A stretch of DNA of 64,000 nt from Eledone cirrhosa (Eukaryota): NCBI GenBank assembly GCA_964016885.1, contig OZ024740.1, positions 321,160,001-321,224,000 on the forward strand, written 5' to 3'. The notes under the pieces are model-generated. The model ran no database searches and had not been told where the DNA came from. It saw only the letters and a list, made by a program, of their open reading frames with translations. Below are positions 1 to 11,719 of this stretch, in pieces. Both the position numbers and the translations under genes were made by a program. Numbering within the stretch: position 1 is the first letter of the stretch; each line of letters begins with the position of its first letter.

Positions 1-745
1 AAAAGTTTCCGGCCTAGCTCTTTTTATTTAAAGAAGGACTTTATTTACAAAAGTTTAAACACCAACTCATTCGAAATAGTCCCCTTGCACAGCAATGCAC
101 TGATCCCAGCATTTTTGCCACTCCTGGAATGCAGCCTCAAACTCCTCTTTTGTAAGCTTATCAAGGACCTTCTCTGATTCATGCTGGATCTCAGCAACCT
201 TTGAGCTTAATTTTCATCTTTTGGAAAATGAAGAAGTCCGCAGAAGCTATGTCTGGCGTGTAGGGTGGGTGCAGAAGCGATGGCATGTTGTGCTTGCTGA
301 GAAACTCATGGATAATGAATGCTTGGTGACAGGGTGCAATGTCATCATGGAGAATCCAGTTCTTTGCGCATCACAGATTCAAGGTTTTTTGCCGAATGTT
401 CTTCCTCAAATGCCTCAGAACTTCACAGTAAAACTCTTTTTTGATGGTCTGGCCCTGGGGGATGATAGACTATTCCATTGCGTTGACTGCTGCTTTGTCT
501 CTGAAGCATGTTCAATGTCTCTGTGGCTGATTTTCCAAGTCTAATGCAAAATTTCATGTTGGCCTTTGTTCCAACTTGATGTCCATGATGTAATCTGAGA
601 CTTGAACATAGACATGATCAGAAAAACACCAACTTAACAACTCACGATGTAAACAACGATGTCACTTGGTAAACTGACTTATGACAGTTACCATCCGTTG
701 GCGTACTACAGAGCTAGTCTGGAAACTGTTTGATACCACCTCATA
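1..745 (-). mobile_element. Mariner-family DNA transposon, internally deleted relic
   Basis: The minus strand near 70-120 encodes a mariner C-terminus (WDQCIAVQGDYFE). The partial TIR aaaagtttccggcctag at the window edge mirrors ctagtctggaaactgtttgataccacctcata at ~714-745. Confidence 0.75.
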
Positions 746-1805
746 TATCATCATCATTGTTTAACATCCATCTTCCATGCTAGCATGAGTATATATATAT
801 ATATGTGTGTGTGTGTATTAGTTGGAATTCTGTAACAAATAAATAGAAGATAAAACTTTGTGCAGTTGAGGTGGATTAGCTTGTTTCATAAATTAAAAAA
901 ATGATTGAGAAATATTTCATGAAAATAATTTATTGAAATTAAGTCAACAATATATCTAAGTTACATTTTTTTAATCTTATATCATAGAAAATATTTTATT
1001 TCTCCAGTTTGTTATATAATTCATAATTTGGCAGAATACTTATTAAAGTTTGCATGTTATATATTATATATACTTGTATATAAGTTATACTAGTAGATAA
1101 GTCCCTCCTTCATTTTTACATACATTTACACTGTATCATATATTGAATTGAGAGTGTGTAGGTCCAGAATATATGTCACATGCTGGGCTTTCACATATTT
1201 TCATGGAAAAAGGTGGGTCTTATACACAAGTATATGCATTAGTTTTTCTTATGCTTAACACATTATACACTGACGAAAAAATATTGTAAATAAAATGGAA
1301 TTTTATTATATGATAAATAAATATTTTATTTTACACTATACATATTTTCTTTTTTTTAAATATGGCTTGGAAATCATGGAAAGATATTTATCATCTGCTC
1401 TTTATAAATTATTGAACCAATTTGTGAGCATATTTACAATGAAACACACTGTCTATATGTTTTATTTAATTTTGAAAATAATAAAGAACTTGGAAGGATT
1501 TAGTAAAATAACAAAGCTTTTTAATTATTTAGTTGGTTTTTAGAACATAACTTAAAGGTTTTTCCATAAAAGTTATGCTAAAGGGTTTTACTTTAATATA
1601 AACTCTTAAGAATTAGAGGTTTAGTGTTATAAAACCAGAGGCAGCCTGAAGTGTTTTGGTATAAAAAAAAGTTAAACAACACTGAATGTCAGTAAATAAA
1701 TGGGGGCAATATTTCAGTAATATTCTTTTAACTAGATTTTATATATATGTATATATATATATATATATATACACATGTATGTATGTGTGTGTATGTTGGT
1801 TAAGA

Positions 1806-1856
1806 TCTGTCTGAAGAACCTGTAACACAGGAGAAACTAGCATTACTAGGCTACTG
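1806..1856 (+). ncRNA. Degenerate hammerhead-like motif
   Basis: CTGAAGA-aCCTGT(aac)ACAGGa-GAAA-CTAG(catta)CTAG. U16.1 is replaced by G and stem I is poor; it lies between TG microsatellites. Confidence 0.35.
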
Positions 1857-2089
1857 GCTTAACCGTAATAAATTATGTGTGTATGTAGTGTGCGTGTGTG
1901 TGTTAAAATACAGTTGACGAAGCTTATTTATATAGAAATAATTGTTAAAAAAATATAGAAAATGTTTTCAGAAATTCACAATAATTGTTTAAAGCTGGTG
2001 TTGTTGTCGTTGTTTAGCCCCAGGTTGACACTGATTAAGCAGATGTATGATCAAATGTATTGAAACCTTGAATATCTTATTATTTCACA

Positions 2090-2732
2090 GGTGTTGTACT
2101 AAATAACATTGATCGAATGGATTATACTTAAACATATTGATCGAGTGGATCATATATAAAGATATATTGTATGAGGTAACAGTTTGTGGGACATAACTTT
2201 AGATATTCTACTAAATATTTGGTGAATCATAACAAAATATACTGTATTATGTTTGATTGATTTTGTGGGTCATAACTAAAGCTATTGTGTTAAGTATAAT
2301 TGATTTGGTGGGTTATAATATTAGCTATTGTACAAAATATAGTTGATTTGGTGTGTCATAATTATAGCTTTTGTACTAAATATTGTTTGGTTGGTTATTA
2401 CTATAGCTATTGTTCTACATATAAATGATTTGGTGGGTAATAATTTTAGCTATTGTACTAAATATTGATTTGGTGGTCATAACTATAGCTATTGTACTAA
2501 ATATTTATTTGGTGGGTCATAATTATAGCTATTGTACTAAATATTGATATTGATTTGGTGGGTTGTAACTAAAGCTATTGCATTAAGTATAATTGATTTA
2601 TTGAGTCTTAAATTTAGCTATTGTACTAAATATTGATTTGGTGGGTCATACTTATAGCTACTACATTATGCAACATATGAGTCATAAACAAAATATACTG
2701 TATTCAGTATGAATGTTGTAATGGGTCATGAC
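2090..2732. repeat. ~38-40-bp degenerate minisatellite
   Basis: Recurrent tattgatttggtgggtcataactatagctattgtactaaa. Confidence 0.85.
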
Positions 2733-2742
2733 TATATATATA

Positions 2743-3134
2743 TATATTTGAAAAAAAGGAAAAGAATGACTTCACTTGTAGTTCTAAATAATTTGATTTA
2801 ATTTTATAATATTATAATATTATGAGTTGGTAGATCTAGTAAGTTCTTTGTTAACTTTGGTGGGAAGAATTTTAAAGATTTCTGGTTAACTTTCTTGGAG
2901 AACTTTCTTCAAACTGAGATCTCAGTTTGACAATCGCCACCGATGAATGCAAGAAAGTTAACCAGAAATCTTTAAAATTCCTCCCACCGAAGGTAACAAA
3001 GAACTTACTAGATCTACCAACTCATAATATTATAATATAAAATTAAATCAAATTATTTAGAACTACAAGTAAAGTCCTTCTTTTCCTTTTTTCAAATATA
3101 CCTAACTGTATCAAGCATCTCACACATTTTCCAA
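2743..3134 (+). mobile_element. Fold-back element family B (PLE-like inverted pLTR plus tail) in (TA)n
   Basis: ~155-bp inverted arms (2743-2897 / 2950-3100) and a one-sided 34-nt tail; same family as 47002-47179. Confidence 0.7.
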
Positions 3135-3136
3135 TA

Positions 3137-3177
<41 letters not shown>

Positions 3178-3249
3178 GATTGGGACTCAGAGTTACACCT
3201 TCAATGGGTAATTTGTATAGATATGAGGTAACTCTATCAATACATGTAC

Positions 3250-3460
3250 TATGTTATAGAAGTATGTTCATATTCTTGGTCCCTGAGTTTCCAAATAAAT
3301 TGAGACAATTTTGTGTTATTTAAATGAGTTAAGATGTTGATAGTAGTGACCTTTGAAAGTGTTTGCAGTAAGTTGTGTGTAATTTTTGTCAGTGCTTTCC
3401 AGGGGCATGATGGATGTTTGGCATATATTAACTCCTTTGGAAAGACATAATCTCCTGAGT
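3250..3460 (-). pseudogene. Penelope-like element GIY-YIG endonuclease relic
   Basis: Frameshifted CLSKGVNICQ...KNYTQLTANTFKGHYYQHLNSFK / NNTKLSQFIWKLRDQ resembles the PLE endonuclease pattern CxxxGVIY..YIGLTxxTFKxRYxxHxxSF..TxLSxYIWxLK; TA repeats on both sides. Confidence 0.7.
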
Positions 3461-4985
3461 GTATATATATATATATATTTATGTGTATGTATGTATGTAT
3501 GGATATATATATATGTGTGTATGTATGTACACACACACACACACACATCTATATATATAACTGTAAAACATATAACTAGGTTTATCATAAAGATATTAGC
3601 CATTCTAGAATTCTAGCTGGTTATGTCATATTATTATAATCATTATTATTTTTCCATGATCTTATTTTCATCATCATTCATTAATAGACTCTGCTACGGC
3701 ATATCCTAAATATAGAGATAACTCTCAGTATATAGAATACTGAAAGGGTGTTTACAGTGGTTCTTTCACTAAAACATTGTTGGTTTTGTTACTGAGTTAG
3801 AGATGTAACCAAAATGTTTAGCCTGTTACTTTTTGGTGTTGTTCATAGATAGATCTATAACTGATCAATTTGATAGATTCTATCATAGTTGGTGGTTGGC
3901 AATGAGGGTATGAGTGCAAGATAGTTTTATAAAAGTAAGTTTTCAATGGCTTCCAAAGTTGCTTCCAAAATGATGCTCATTATTCCTCTTCTTATTTTGA
4001 GTCAGGAAGGCTGCAACCTTTAATATTTCAAACTTGATGTTATAGTATTTACGCATCATCCATACTTTTATTCTGAAATTAGAAAATAAAATTAGATTGA
4101 ATTAAATTGAAAATAAAAATAAATATTGAAAATAATTTGTAATGGTCTTAAAATAAATATTGGGGTTATTTTCTTTATATTCATTATGTAATATTTACTG
4201 ATTCATTTTAATGTTCAAAGTAAAAGAAATATTTGTTTAGACTTAACTCTTAACATTTTGTATTACATAAAACCACATTTGGAAGACATTTTCAAAATGT
4301 AGAAAACAGTTCTATTATTGCATCACATTAAATATTAAAGTCTTTACTAAAATATTACAGATTTTCACAATGACTTGTCCTCTAGTAAAGATACCACAAA
4401 CCTTTGAATTAACAAACCTGATTTTTAGATATTTTTTGTTAAATATGAGAAGTTGGAATGATGGTTTCAATGATAGTCAAATGGAATATATATATAATCT
4501 AATCTCTTTATCAGAATTTTCAGGTCAAATTCTACGTGGGTTCTCTTTGTCTTTTCCCCTTCTTTTCCATCTAGGTTTGACAAAAAGTACCAGTAATATA
4601 CTAGTGTAAATGAAGTTGATTGTTCTTCCCACCTCCAACTGAAATGTTAACCTTATATCTTAGTAAGAAATCAATATTTTAGACAGTATCTGATGTTAGT
4701 GTGTTAGAGGGAGTTCCTGTTTAGATTCTGGTTTGCAAGTTTGGTTATTTCAATATACTTAAATCACTAATGTTCCCAAGAAAAGACTAATTTATGCTCT
4801 CCTAAAAAGCTGAGATATTTTGCCAGTATTCTTAGCCCTGAGGAAGTGTTGATGCTGTACAATGTTCCTAGTTAGTTATACAAGTTTTTAGCTGGCAACA
4901 GACACAGTATTGTTTATGCTGGACAATGTTGTTCTATGTTCCTAGCTATCTATATGTAGCTGACAATAGAATTCTCCTAGCTATC

Positions 4986-5382
4986 TACTGTATTTCCTGG
5001 CGTCGAAGACACTACTTTTTTGCTAATATAAGTCTAAAAAATCTACCATGCGTCCTGGAGGCTGAAGGTTGTTTTTTATTTTTTTTCAAATTAGGGCAGT
5101 TGATTGGCAGTATTAGTAGAGCGTCGGACAACATGCTTTGTTACAGCCCTTTACGAGCTGAGTTCAAATCTCGCCGAGGTTAATTTTGCCTTTCATCCTT
5201 ATGGGGTCGATAAAATAAAGTACCAGTCACGCACTGGGGTCAATTTAATCAACTTTCCCCTCCCCCCAAATTGCTGGCCTTGTGCCTATATAAGAAAGCA
5301 TTATTTTTTTTCAAATTTTTGGTTGTCAAAATTAGGGTGCATCCTCGAGGATGAAGCGTCTTTGGTGCCGGGAAATACGGTA
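4986..5382. mobile_element. Tc1/mariner/pogo-type MITE
   Basis: TIRs tactgtatttcctggc / gccgggaaatacggta with TA ends. Confidence 0.75.
5093..5300 (+). mobile_element. tRNA-derived SINE with 17-bp TSD
   Basis: B-box gagttcaaatc and family core tttgcctttcatcctt.tggggtcgataaaataaagtaccagt; TSD TTATTTTTTTTCAAATT at 5076-5092 and 5301-5317. Confidence 0.9.
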
Positions 5383-7125
5383 TATGTAACTGGCAATACA
5401 CAATATATTGTGTATGCTGTACAATGTTGTTCTATGTTCCTAACTATCTATATGTAACTGACAATAGACACAATGTTGAGGTATATTCTACAATATTCCT
5501 AGCTATCAATATGAATCTGGTAATACACATAATAATGTGTACATTATACAATATTCCTAGCTATATATATGTAGCTGGCATTAGACACAATATTGATGTA
5601 TGTTGTACAATATTCCTAGCTATATATATGTGGCTGGTAATAGATGCAATGTTGAGGTATGTTGTACAATATTTCTAGCTATATATATATATATATATAT
5701 ATATGTATCTAGTAATAGATGCAATGTTCAGGTATGTTGTACAATGTTCCTAGCTATATATATATATATATATGAATATATGTAGCTGACAATAAGCACA
5801 GTGTTGGAGTATGTTATACAATATTTCTAGCTATATATATATGTAGCTGACAATAAGCACAGTGTTGGAGTATGTTATACAATATTTCTAGCTATATATA
5901 TATATATATGTATCTAGTAATAGATGCAATGTTCAGGTATGTTGTACAATGTTCCTAGCTATATATATATATATATATATGAATATATGTAGCTGACAAT
6001 AAGCACAGTGTTGGAGTATGTTATACAATGTTTCTAACTATCTATATGTAGCTGATAATAGACACAATATTAGGGTATGATGTACAATGTTACTAGCTAT
6101 ATATATGTATCTAGTAATAGGTGCAATGTTCAGGTATGTTGTACAATGTTCCTAGTTATATACATGTAACTGGCAATACACACATTATTGTGTATATTGT
6201 ACAATGATTCTAGCTAAATATATGTATAATTATATGAAGCTGACAATAGATACAGTGTTGGAGTATGTTATACAATGTTTCTAGCTATAATATATGTAGC
6301 TGGCAATAGATGCAATGTTCAGGTATGCTGTACAATTTTACAATGTTCCTAGCTATATATATATATAGCTGGCAATAGACATTATTCCTAGCTAGTCATA
6401 TTCCACTGATGTTTATTTTATATGATGTTCCTGGTTATTTATATGTAGTTAGTATCAGACAAACCAGAACAGTCTCCATTTAACATTGATCAATTAACCT
6501 TCTGTAATCTGACAGTAACTAAAACAATCACAAACAAAAATCAAAACATGAAGACACACTGACAACACAACACTGACCTTGGACAGGGTTTAAACTAAAT
6601 AGAAACTAGTTTATACGTTATATTGAGGTGAAGAAACCACAACAATTTCCCTTTGATAATCTTCTTCCAAGTAATTATCATGTGAAAGATCAGTTTCTGC
6701 TCTTCTGGACATTCACAGTCAGTTACCTACTTCTAAACTAAATCATCTCATTTGTCTCTCTATCTTCTTTTACTCTTTATATTACTACTCATGGATATTG
6801 ACTGGTTTTTACAAGATGCCTTTCATTACCCTCAAACAATGCACCCCAGAGTAATTTACATCTAGAGGTCCTACAAAGATGATGTGTACAGTCCCTTTCT
6901 CCACACTAATTTTATGGAGGTCTTACAAAGACCAGGTGAACTGCTACTTTCTCTAGACCAAACCATTAATATATACAAGACTTTGTTAAATTTCATGGAA
7001 GCCTCTTCCTTGCTTCTTCCTTATCCACTCAACCATTGACTTTTAAAAGGTCAAATATTACCACTGTTTACTTTGCACAACTTAGACCCCCCCGCACGCA
7101 CACATACATCTATATATATATATAT

Positions 7126-7483
7126 CAGTGGCGAAGGGTAACCTGAAAAGCAGGGCATGCAGTCCAATCGCCATGGCAGAAAGTGGGGCTGTGCAGCCTT
7201 ACACCCTCCTCCCAATTCCCTCTAAATGACCCTCCTGGTCAAAGCCGCATGTAGTGTTATCTAGTGTGTGTGTGTGTGTGTTATCTTTTTATGTGTCTAC
7301 GATTTAGTAAACAACCAAAATTCTGCTTGCTTCAACCAATGTTATCATGTGTATGTGTGTATGTGTGTGTGTTATCTTTTTATGTGTCTACGATTTAGCA
7401 AGCAGCCAAAATTCTGCTTGCTTTAACCGACGCAATTGATCAACTCAAGATTCTATAACGCATGCACGCACATTTCGCCCCTG
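7126..7483. mobile_element. MITE with CAGTGGCGAA...TTCGCCCCTG ends
   Basis: Short imperfect TIRs, TA flanks, internal ~90-bp tandem duplication. Confidence 0.6.
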
Positions 7484-7497
7484 GTATATATATATAT

Positions 7498-7698
7498 CCG
7501 TATGTGACAGCTGAGAGAAAAAAGTAAAAAAAGTACTCAATACCGAAGTAGAGTTTTAATATTCATTTGTTAAGGTTAAATAGTGAGTCTTGTTACTCTG
7601 GAGTTTCACCTGTTTATCACAGGGTCATCAGACAGTTCTTGTGATAAACAGGCGAAATTCCAGAGTAACAAGACAATGTTTAGCCTTAATAAAATGTA
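7498..7698 (-). mobile_element. Fold-back PLE-like element with hammerhead
   Basis: Inverted arms ~7562-7621 / 7640-7698, tail on the left, TA flanks. Confidence 0.7.
7591..7634 (-). ncRNA. Minimal type I hammerhead ribozyme
   Basis: TGT-CTGATGA-cCCTGT(gataa)ACAGGt-GAAA-CTC(ca)GAG-TA-ACA, GUA site; the other arm repeats the 3' half ACAGGC-GAAA...GAGTAACA. Confidence 0.75.
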
Positions 7699-8529
7699 TA
7701 TATATGCTATAAAACAGCTGTTTTATACCAATTGACTGTAATTGTAGTTATTTTCTGTGCTTGAACATCCTACATCTTATAAATTTATTTCCTCAACACT
7801 TCATAAGGTAACAAATTCGAACTTCAAATGTTATATATATATAGAGAATTATAAAATAAGAGGAAATATTAGACAAAAATATACCTATTTTTTCTTCAAA
7901 ATCCCGACTGTACAGTTTCGCTGATCCATATGCAACAACTGTACATTATAGATAAGCACCATCATTGTGAGGCCAATCAGCTTGTCAAGGAACACCTCAG
8001 AGAAAAGGACTGTTCTCTAGACGTGTTTCCAGCGTCCAACCCTTGCAAGCAGGGAAAAACGGACGTAAAATGATGATGATGATGATGATATTTATAAAGA
8101 AATAAATTGATAGATAAAAATATTGTTAAAATATGAAATGGAAGACTGTATAGCAGATAGAAATATAAAGAATTGCTATGTATGAGGAATTACCTCAGAA
8201 ATACTCATATCTGATACACTTTGCTATCACAGTTGTATGTTGCTAGCCTTCTACCTTTGACCATGTGTTATCACTCTCTTTTACCACCACCTGTCTCTAT
8301 TACAACCCATCATAAGTTATCTCTCTTACCCTCTCTTTCTTTCCACACCAGCAAATATGTATCTGTCATCATTGTCTTTCCTCCAATACTCTCTCTCATT
8401 CTCTCTTCTACTATCTCTCACCTGCTGTCCACTCTGTTCCACCTAACATACTAATACTTCCCCCTCACTCTGGTTTTTGTATCATCAGTGAACCTCATTT
8501 CTATCCCTCTTCTGGGTCACAAAAAACCC

Positions 8530-8740
8530 CACCCACCACCTACTCATCACTACCACTGTCACCATCACCACTACCATCACTACCAGCAAAACCTGCACCT
8601 AACACAACCAATGGCAACCACACTCCAACCTCACAACTACCACAACCACCACCAACAACACCATCATCACCACCACCAACATCACCCTCACCACCAACAC
8701 CACCACTATCACCACCACTACCACCACCACCACCACCACC
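8530..8740. repeat. (CAC)n-rich low-complexity repeat
   Basis: Imperfect CAC/CAT/CAA triplets. Confidence 0.9.
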
Positions 8741-9407
8741 AGTTATAAACAGACAGAATAGAGGGATATGTCTAATGAAAAATATGAAATGAGATAATCC
8801 AAGCCACATTAGATGTTTCCAAGACAAAGAATGCAAAATATTAGACCAAAAACCAGTTTACAGAACTAGGAACACCATGTTAGACATGCAAGCCAAAATC
8901 ATTAGAATTTTCTTCAAATTCAACAACTTACCTTTACAATGCATTGGTCAGATACTGTCCCAAAGGAATAAATTTCAAAGAGATCTTTGGTAGCACTCAA
9001 ACTTAGAAGCAAGAACCACAATCTTTCATGTTTGAAGCTCAACTAGATATCCTTAACTCTCCCATGTTCAAAACATTCCACAGCAAGTGTCTAAAGCAAA
9101 TGATGTTATTCTCTGATCCCATGACCTTTTAAAAGGATACATAAACTTGTAAAACCTATTCTCAATCACAGTTATCTTTAGATAATGAATACCACACAAA
9201 CTACACACACGTTAAACACACAGATATTTATAGCAGAAATTCGTGAAAAAAAAGTAAAATGAATTGTAAAAATTCAGTTTAAAAAATCATATAAAGTGAC
9301 TAAAGGGGAATAAAACAATAGGATTTTAACATGTAAATATTAGTTAGAAGTTGCTCCTTTTATAAATCTCAGACATTTCTGATGTCTGTTTAGTTTCTGT
9401 AGTACAT

Positions 9408-9606
9408 ACTCTTGAGTCCCAAATAATAGTGGGAGGGATTGGAATAAGTGAGGGGGTGTTGCAAAATTGGTAATTTTTCAAGGTTGTACCCATCAATTTA
9501 AAAAAAAAACAGTATTAGTCATTTAGTTTATATACTGAGACCCTAACCCATCCTATTTATGCTATAACATATGGGATTTATAGGGTAGGGGTGATTATAC
9601 AAGAGT
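9408..9606. mobile_element. MITE, same family as 58220-58646
   Basis: Ends tactcttga.../...acaagagta; shares the internal taatttttc.aggttgt...gagacc..aacccatcctatttatg block with 58280-58373. Confidence 0.6.
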
Positions 9607-10440
9607 ATTAATCTCTCTTTGTAGCTGATAATAATAAGATATCATAGAGGTCCCATAGCAATCTAATACCTATTCTTATATTGAACTGAAGCTAAGTAAA
9701 ATGAAATGTCCTTGCTAGAAATCAACAAAGAAAGACCAGCAGCAGGTTTGAACTCATGACTAAGTAGTTAAATGAGTCAAGCATATTACCACACTGAACC
9801 ATTTTCTTTCAACATATAAATGTAGGTTCAATATAATCAGTTACCTCTATACAAAATATTGTATTAAGCTTTTTCCTTGATAGGTTTGGAGACAGGGGCA
9901 GTGCCTATGGCCTTCACTAGAAAGATTGTTGCTATTGATGTTCAATTTAAGCTGCTGTAGGTACACCTCATTTGGGAAAACATAAACAAACGGGGAGTAC
10001 AAGAGGGCTGACAATGTTCTGGACAGGAAGAACTGGGAGTAGAGGTTTGTGCAGAGCCTGAGAAAGGTAGTGGTGGTGGTGGGTTTAATACAGAAATAGG
10101 GGATGAGAAGAGAAGAGATGAGTGAGTCAAGAGTGTTTGGGTGGAGGTGGTATGACACTAGCAAGCTCTAAGGAGTAGACACTATTGTGATAATGGTAGA
10201 AGCAGAGGGAAGAGATAACACATGTGTAGATCAGAAAGTGGAGAGAGTCAGTGACTAACTTTATACCAATTAGCTGAGTAACTTTTCTATGGAGTTGGTG
10301 TTGAATGTTTGCATAAATAACTTCAGCAGCCCTGCTCCACATAGGAGAGAAGTTCTCTTTTAAGTGTTTAGGATGTCTGTGTAAACAACTTCAGCAGCAC
10401 TGTCCTGATGTGAGAGAAGTACTCTATTGGGGATCTAGCA

Positions 10441-10925
10441 CAGTCATGTGCAAACTGTGGCCTGCAAGCTGTGCGCAGTCCATTTGGATTTTTGAATGGT
10501 ACATCTAATTTCAAAATTGCTTGAATCTTTTAGTAGCGTGGCCCACCATATGATGAGCCACATCCTATGCAGCTTTTAGTAGCGTGGCCCACCATATGAT
10601 GAGCCACATCCTATGCAGCTTTTAGTAGCGTGGCCCACCATATGATGAGCCACATCCTATGCAGCTTTTAGTAGCGTGGCCCACCATATGATGAGCCACA
10701 TCCTATGCAGCTTTTAGTAGCGTGGCCCACCATATGATGAGCCACATCCTATGCAGCTTTTAGTAGCGTGGCCCACCATATGATGAGCCACATCCTATGC
10801 AGCTTTTAGTAGCGTGGCCCACCATATGATGAGCCACATCCTATGCAGCTTTTAGTAGCGTGGCCCACCATATGATGAGCCACATCCTATGCAGCTCATT
10901 GCTAAAAAAAGGTTGCCGATGCCTG
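10441..10925. mobile_element. hAT (Charlie-like) MITE with an internal tandem array
   Basis: Ends CAGTCATGTGCAAA / GTTGCCGATGCCTG; degenerate 8-bp TSD ATCTAGCA / GTCTAGGG. Confidence 0.6.
10528..10895. repeat. 8 perfect tandem copies of a 46-bp unit
   Basis: ttttagtagcgtggcccaccatatgatgagccacatcctatgcagc x8 = 368 bp, no spacers. Confidence 0.97.
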
Positions 10926-11719
10926 GTCTAGGGTGTCTGTGTAAACAAAAACAGCAGTACTTTTCCACATGGAGAGCAGTATTCTATTGTAGGTCTATGA
11001 TGTCCGTGTAAACAACAACAGCAATACTTCCCCACATGGGAGAGCAGTACTCCATAAAACATGTTTAGTAATTAACATTTCAGTATTTGATTAAAATATG
11101 AAAGTAAACAAAGGATCTTTAGGGGATTTGTTCTACACAGAAGTAGCTTCATCTCTCTGACTCACTAAATAACCTAATGCTCTTATTGTTGTTTTTACTG
11201 TGGTTTTGAGGTTGAAAGCAGTGCAGGTCCACTAAACTTTGCTCCCTTTAAATGGTTGATATCCCCATATATGGCAACATGCCCCTTTCATAAACAGAAG
11301 AGTGCCACTTGGAACCATGATCAGGTAGAATGGTGCTTTTGACCTTTTTCTGGTCTGTTTGGAATAAGAACTCCAAGTCAATTCCAAATTAGTTTTCCTA
11401 GTGTAGCTTGTATACTTATAGAACTGTCCCTTTACCTTCCTTGTCACTCAAAACAGCAGCCACAAGTCACCACATGTTTATTCCTGGTGATGTATTTATC
11501 ACTCTCACCTTCGTCACTCACCAGCCAGTATATGATAGGAGGATGAAATCTTCACTTATAATTGGGTAAGTAGATATGCTTCTTGTTTTACTGCTGCAAC
11601 TGACAAAGGTTTTATGATCCCTTATTAGCTTTAGGCACTTCTCCATTTAGGAATTTCTATTGTTCGTGGTGAAGATGAAGGTGATGGTAGTAATATTATA
11701 TCTCTCTATATATCTTTTT

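Larger units (their letters stand above)
4850..6440. repeat. ~55-60-bp minisatellite with variable TA spacer
   Basis: Recurrent tgttgtacaatgttcctagctata(ta)n tgtagctggcaatagacacaat; interrupted by a MITE. Confidence 0.85.

Noticed and set aside
2880-2970. Hammerhead in family B
   Set aside because: GAAA-GTTAAC is followed by CA instead of UH and stems I and II do not form
8488-8836. Poly-His / poly-Gly ORFs
   Set aside because: CAC microsatellite with no splice or homology support
10528-10895. CRISPR-like array
   Set aside because: Units are contiguous and identical with no spacers; eukaryotic context and no cas genes
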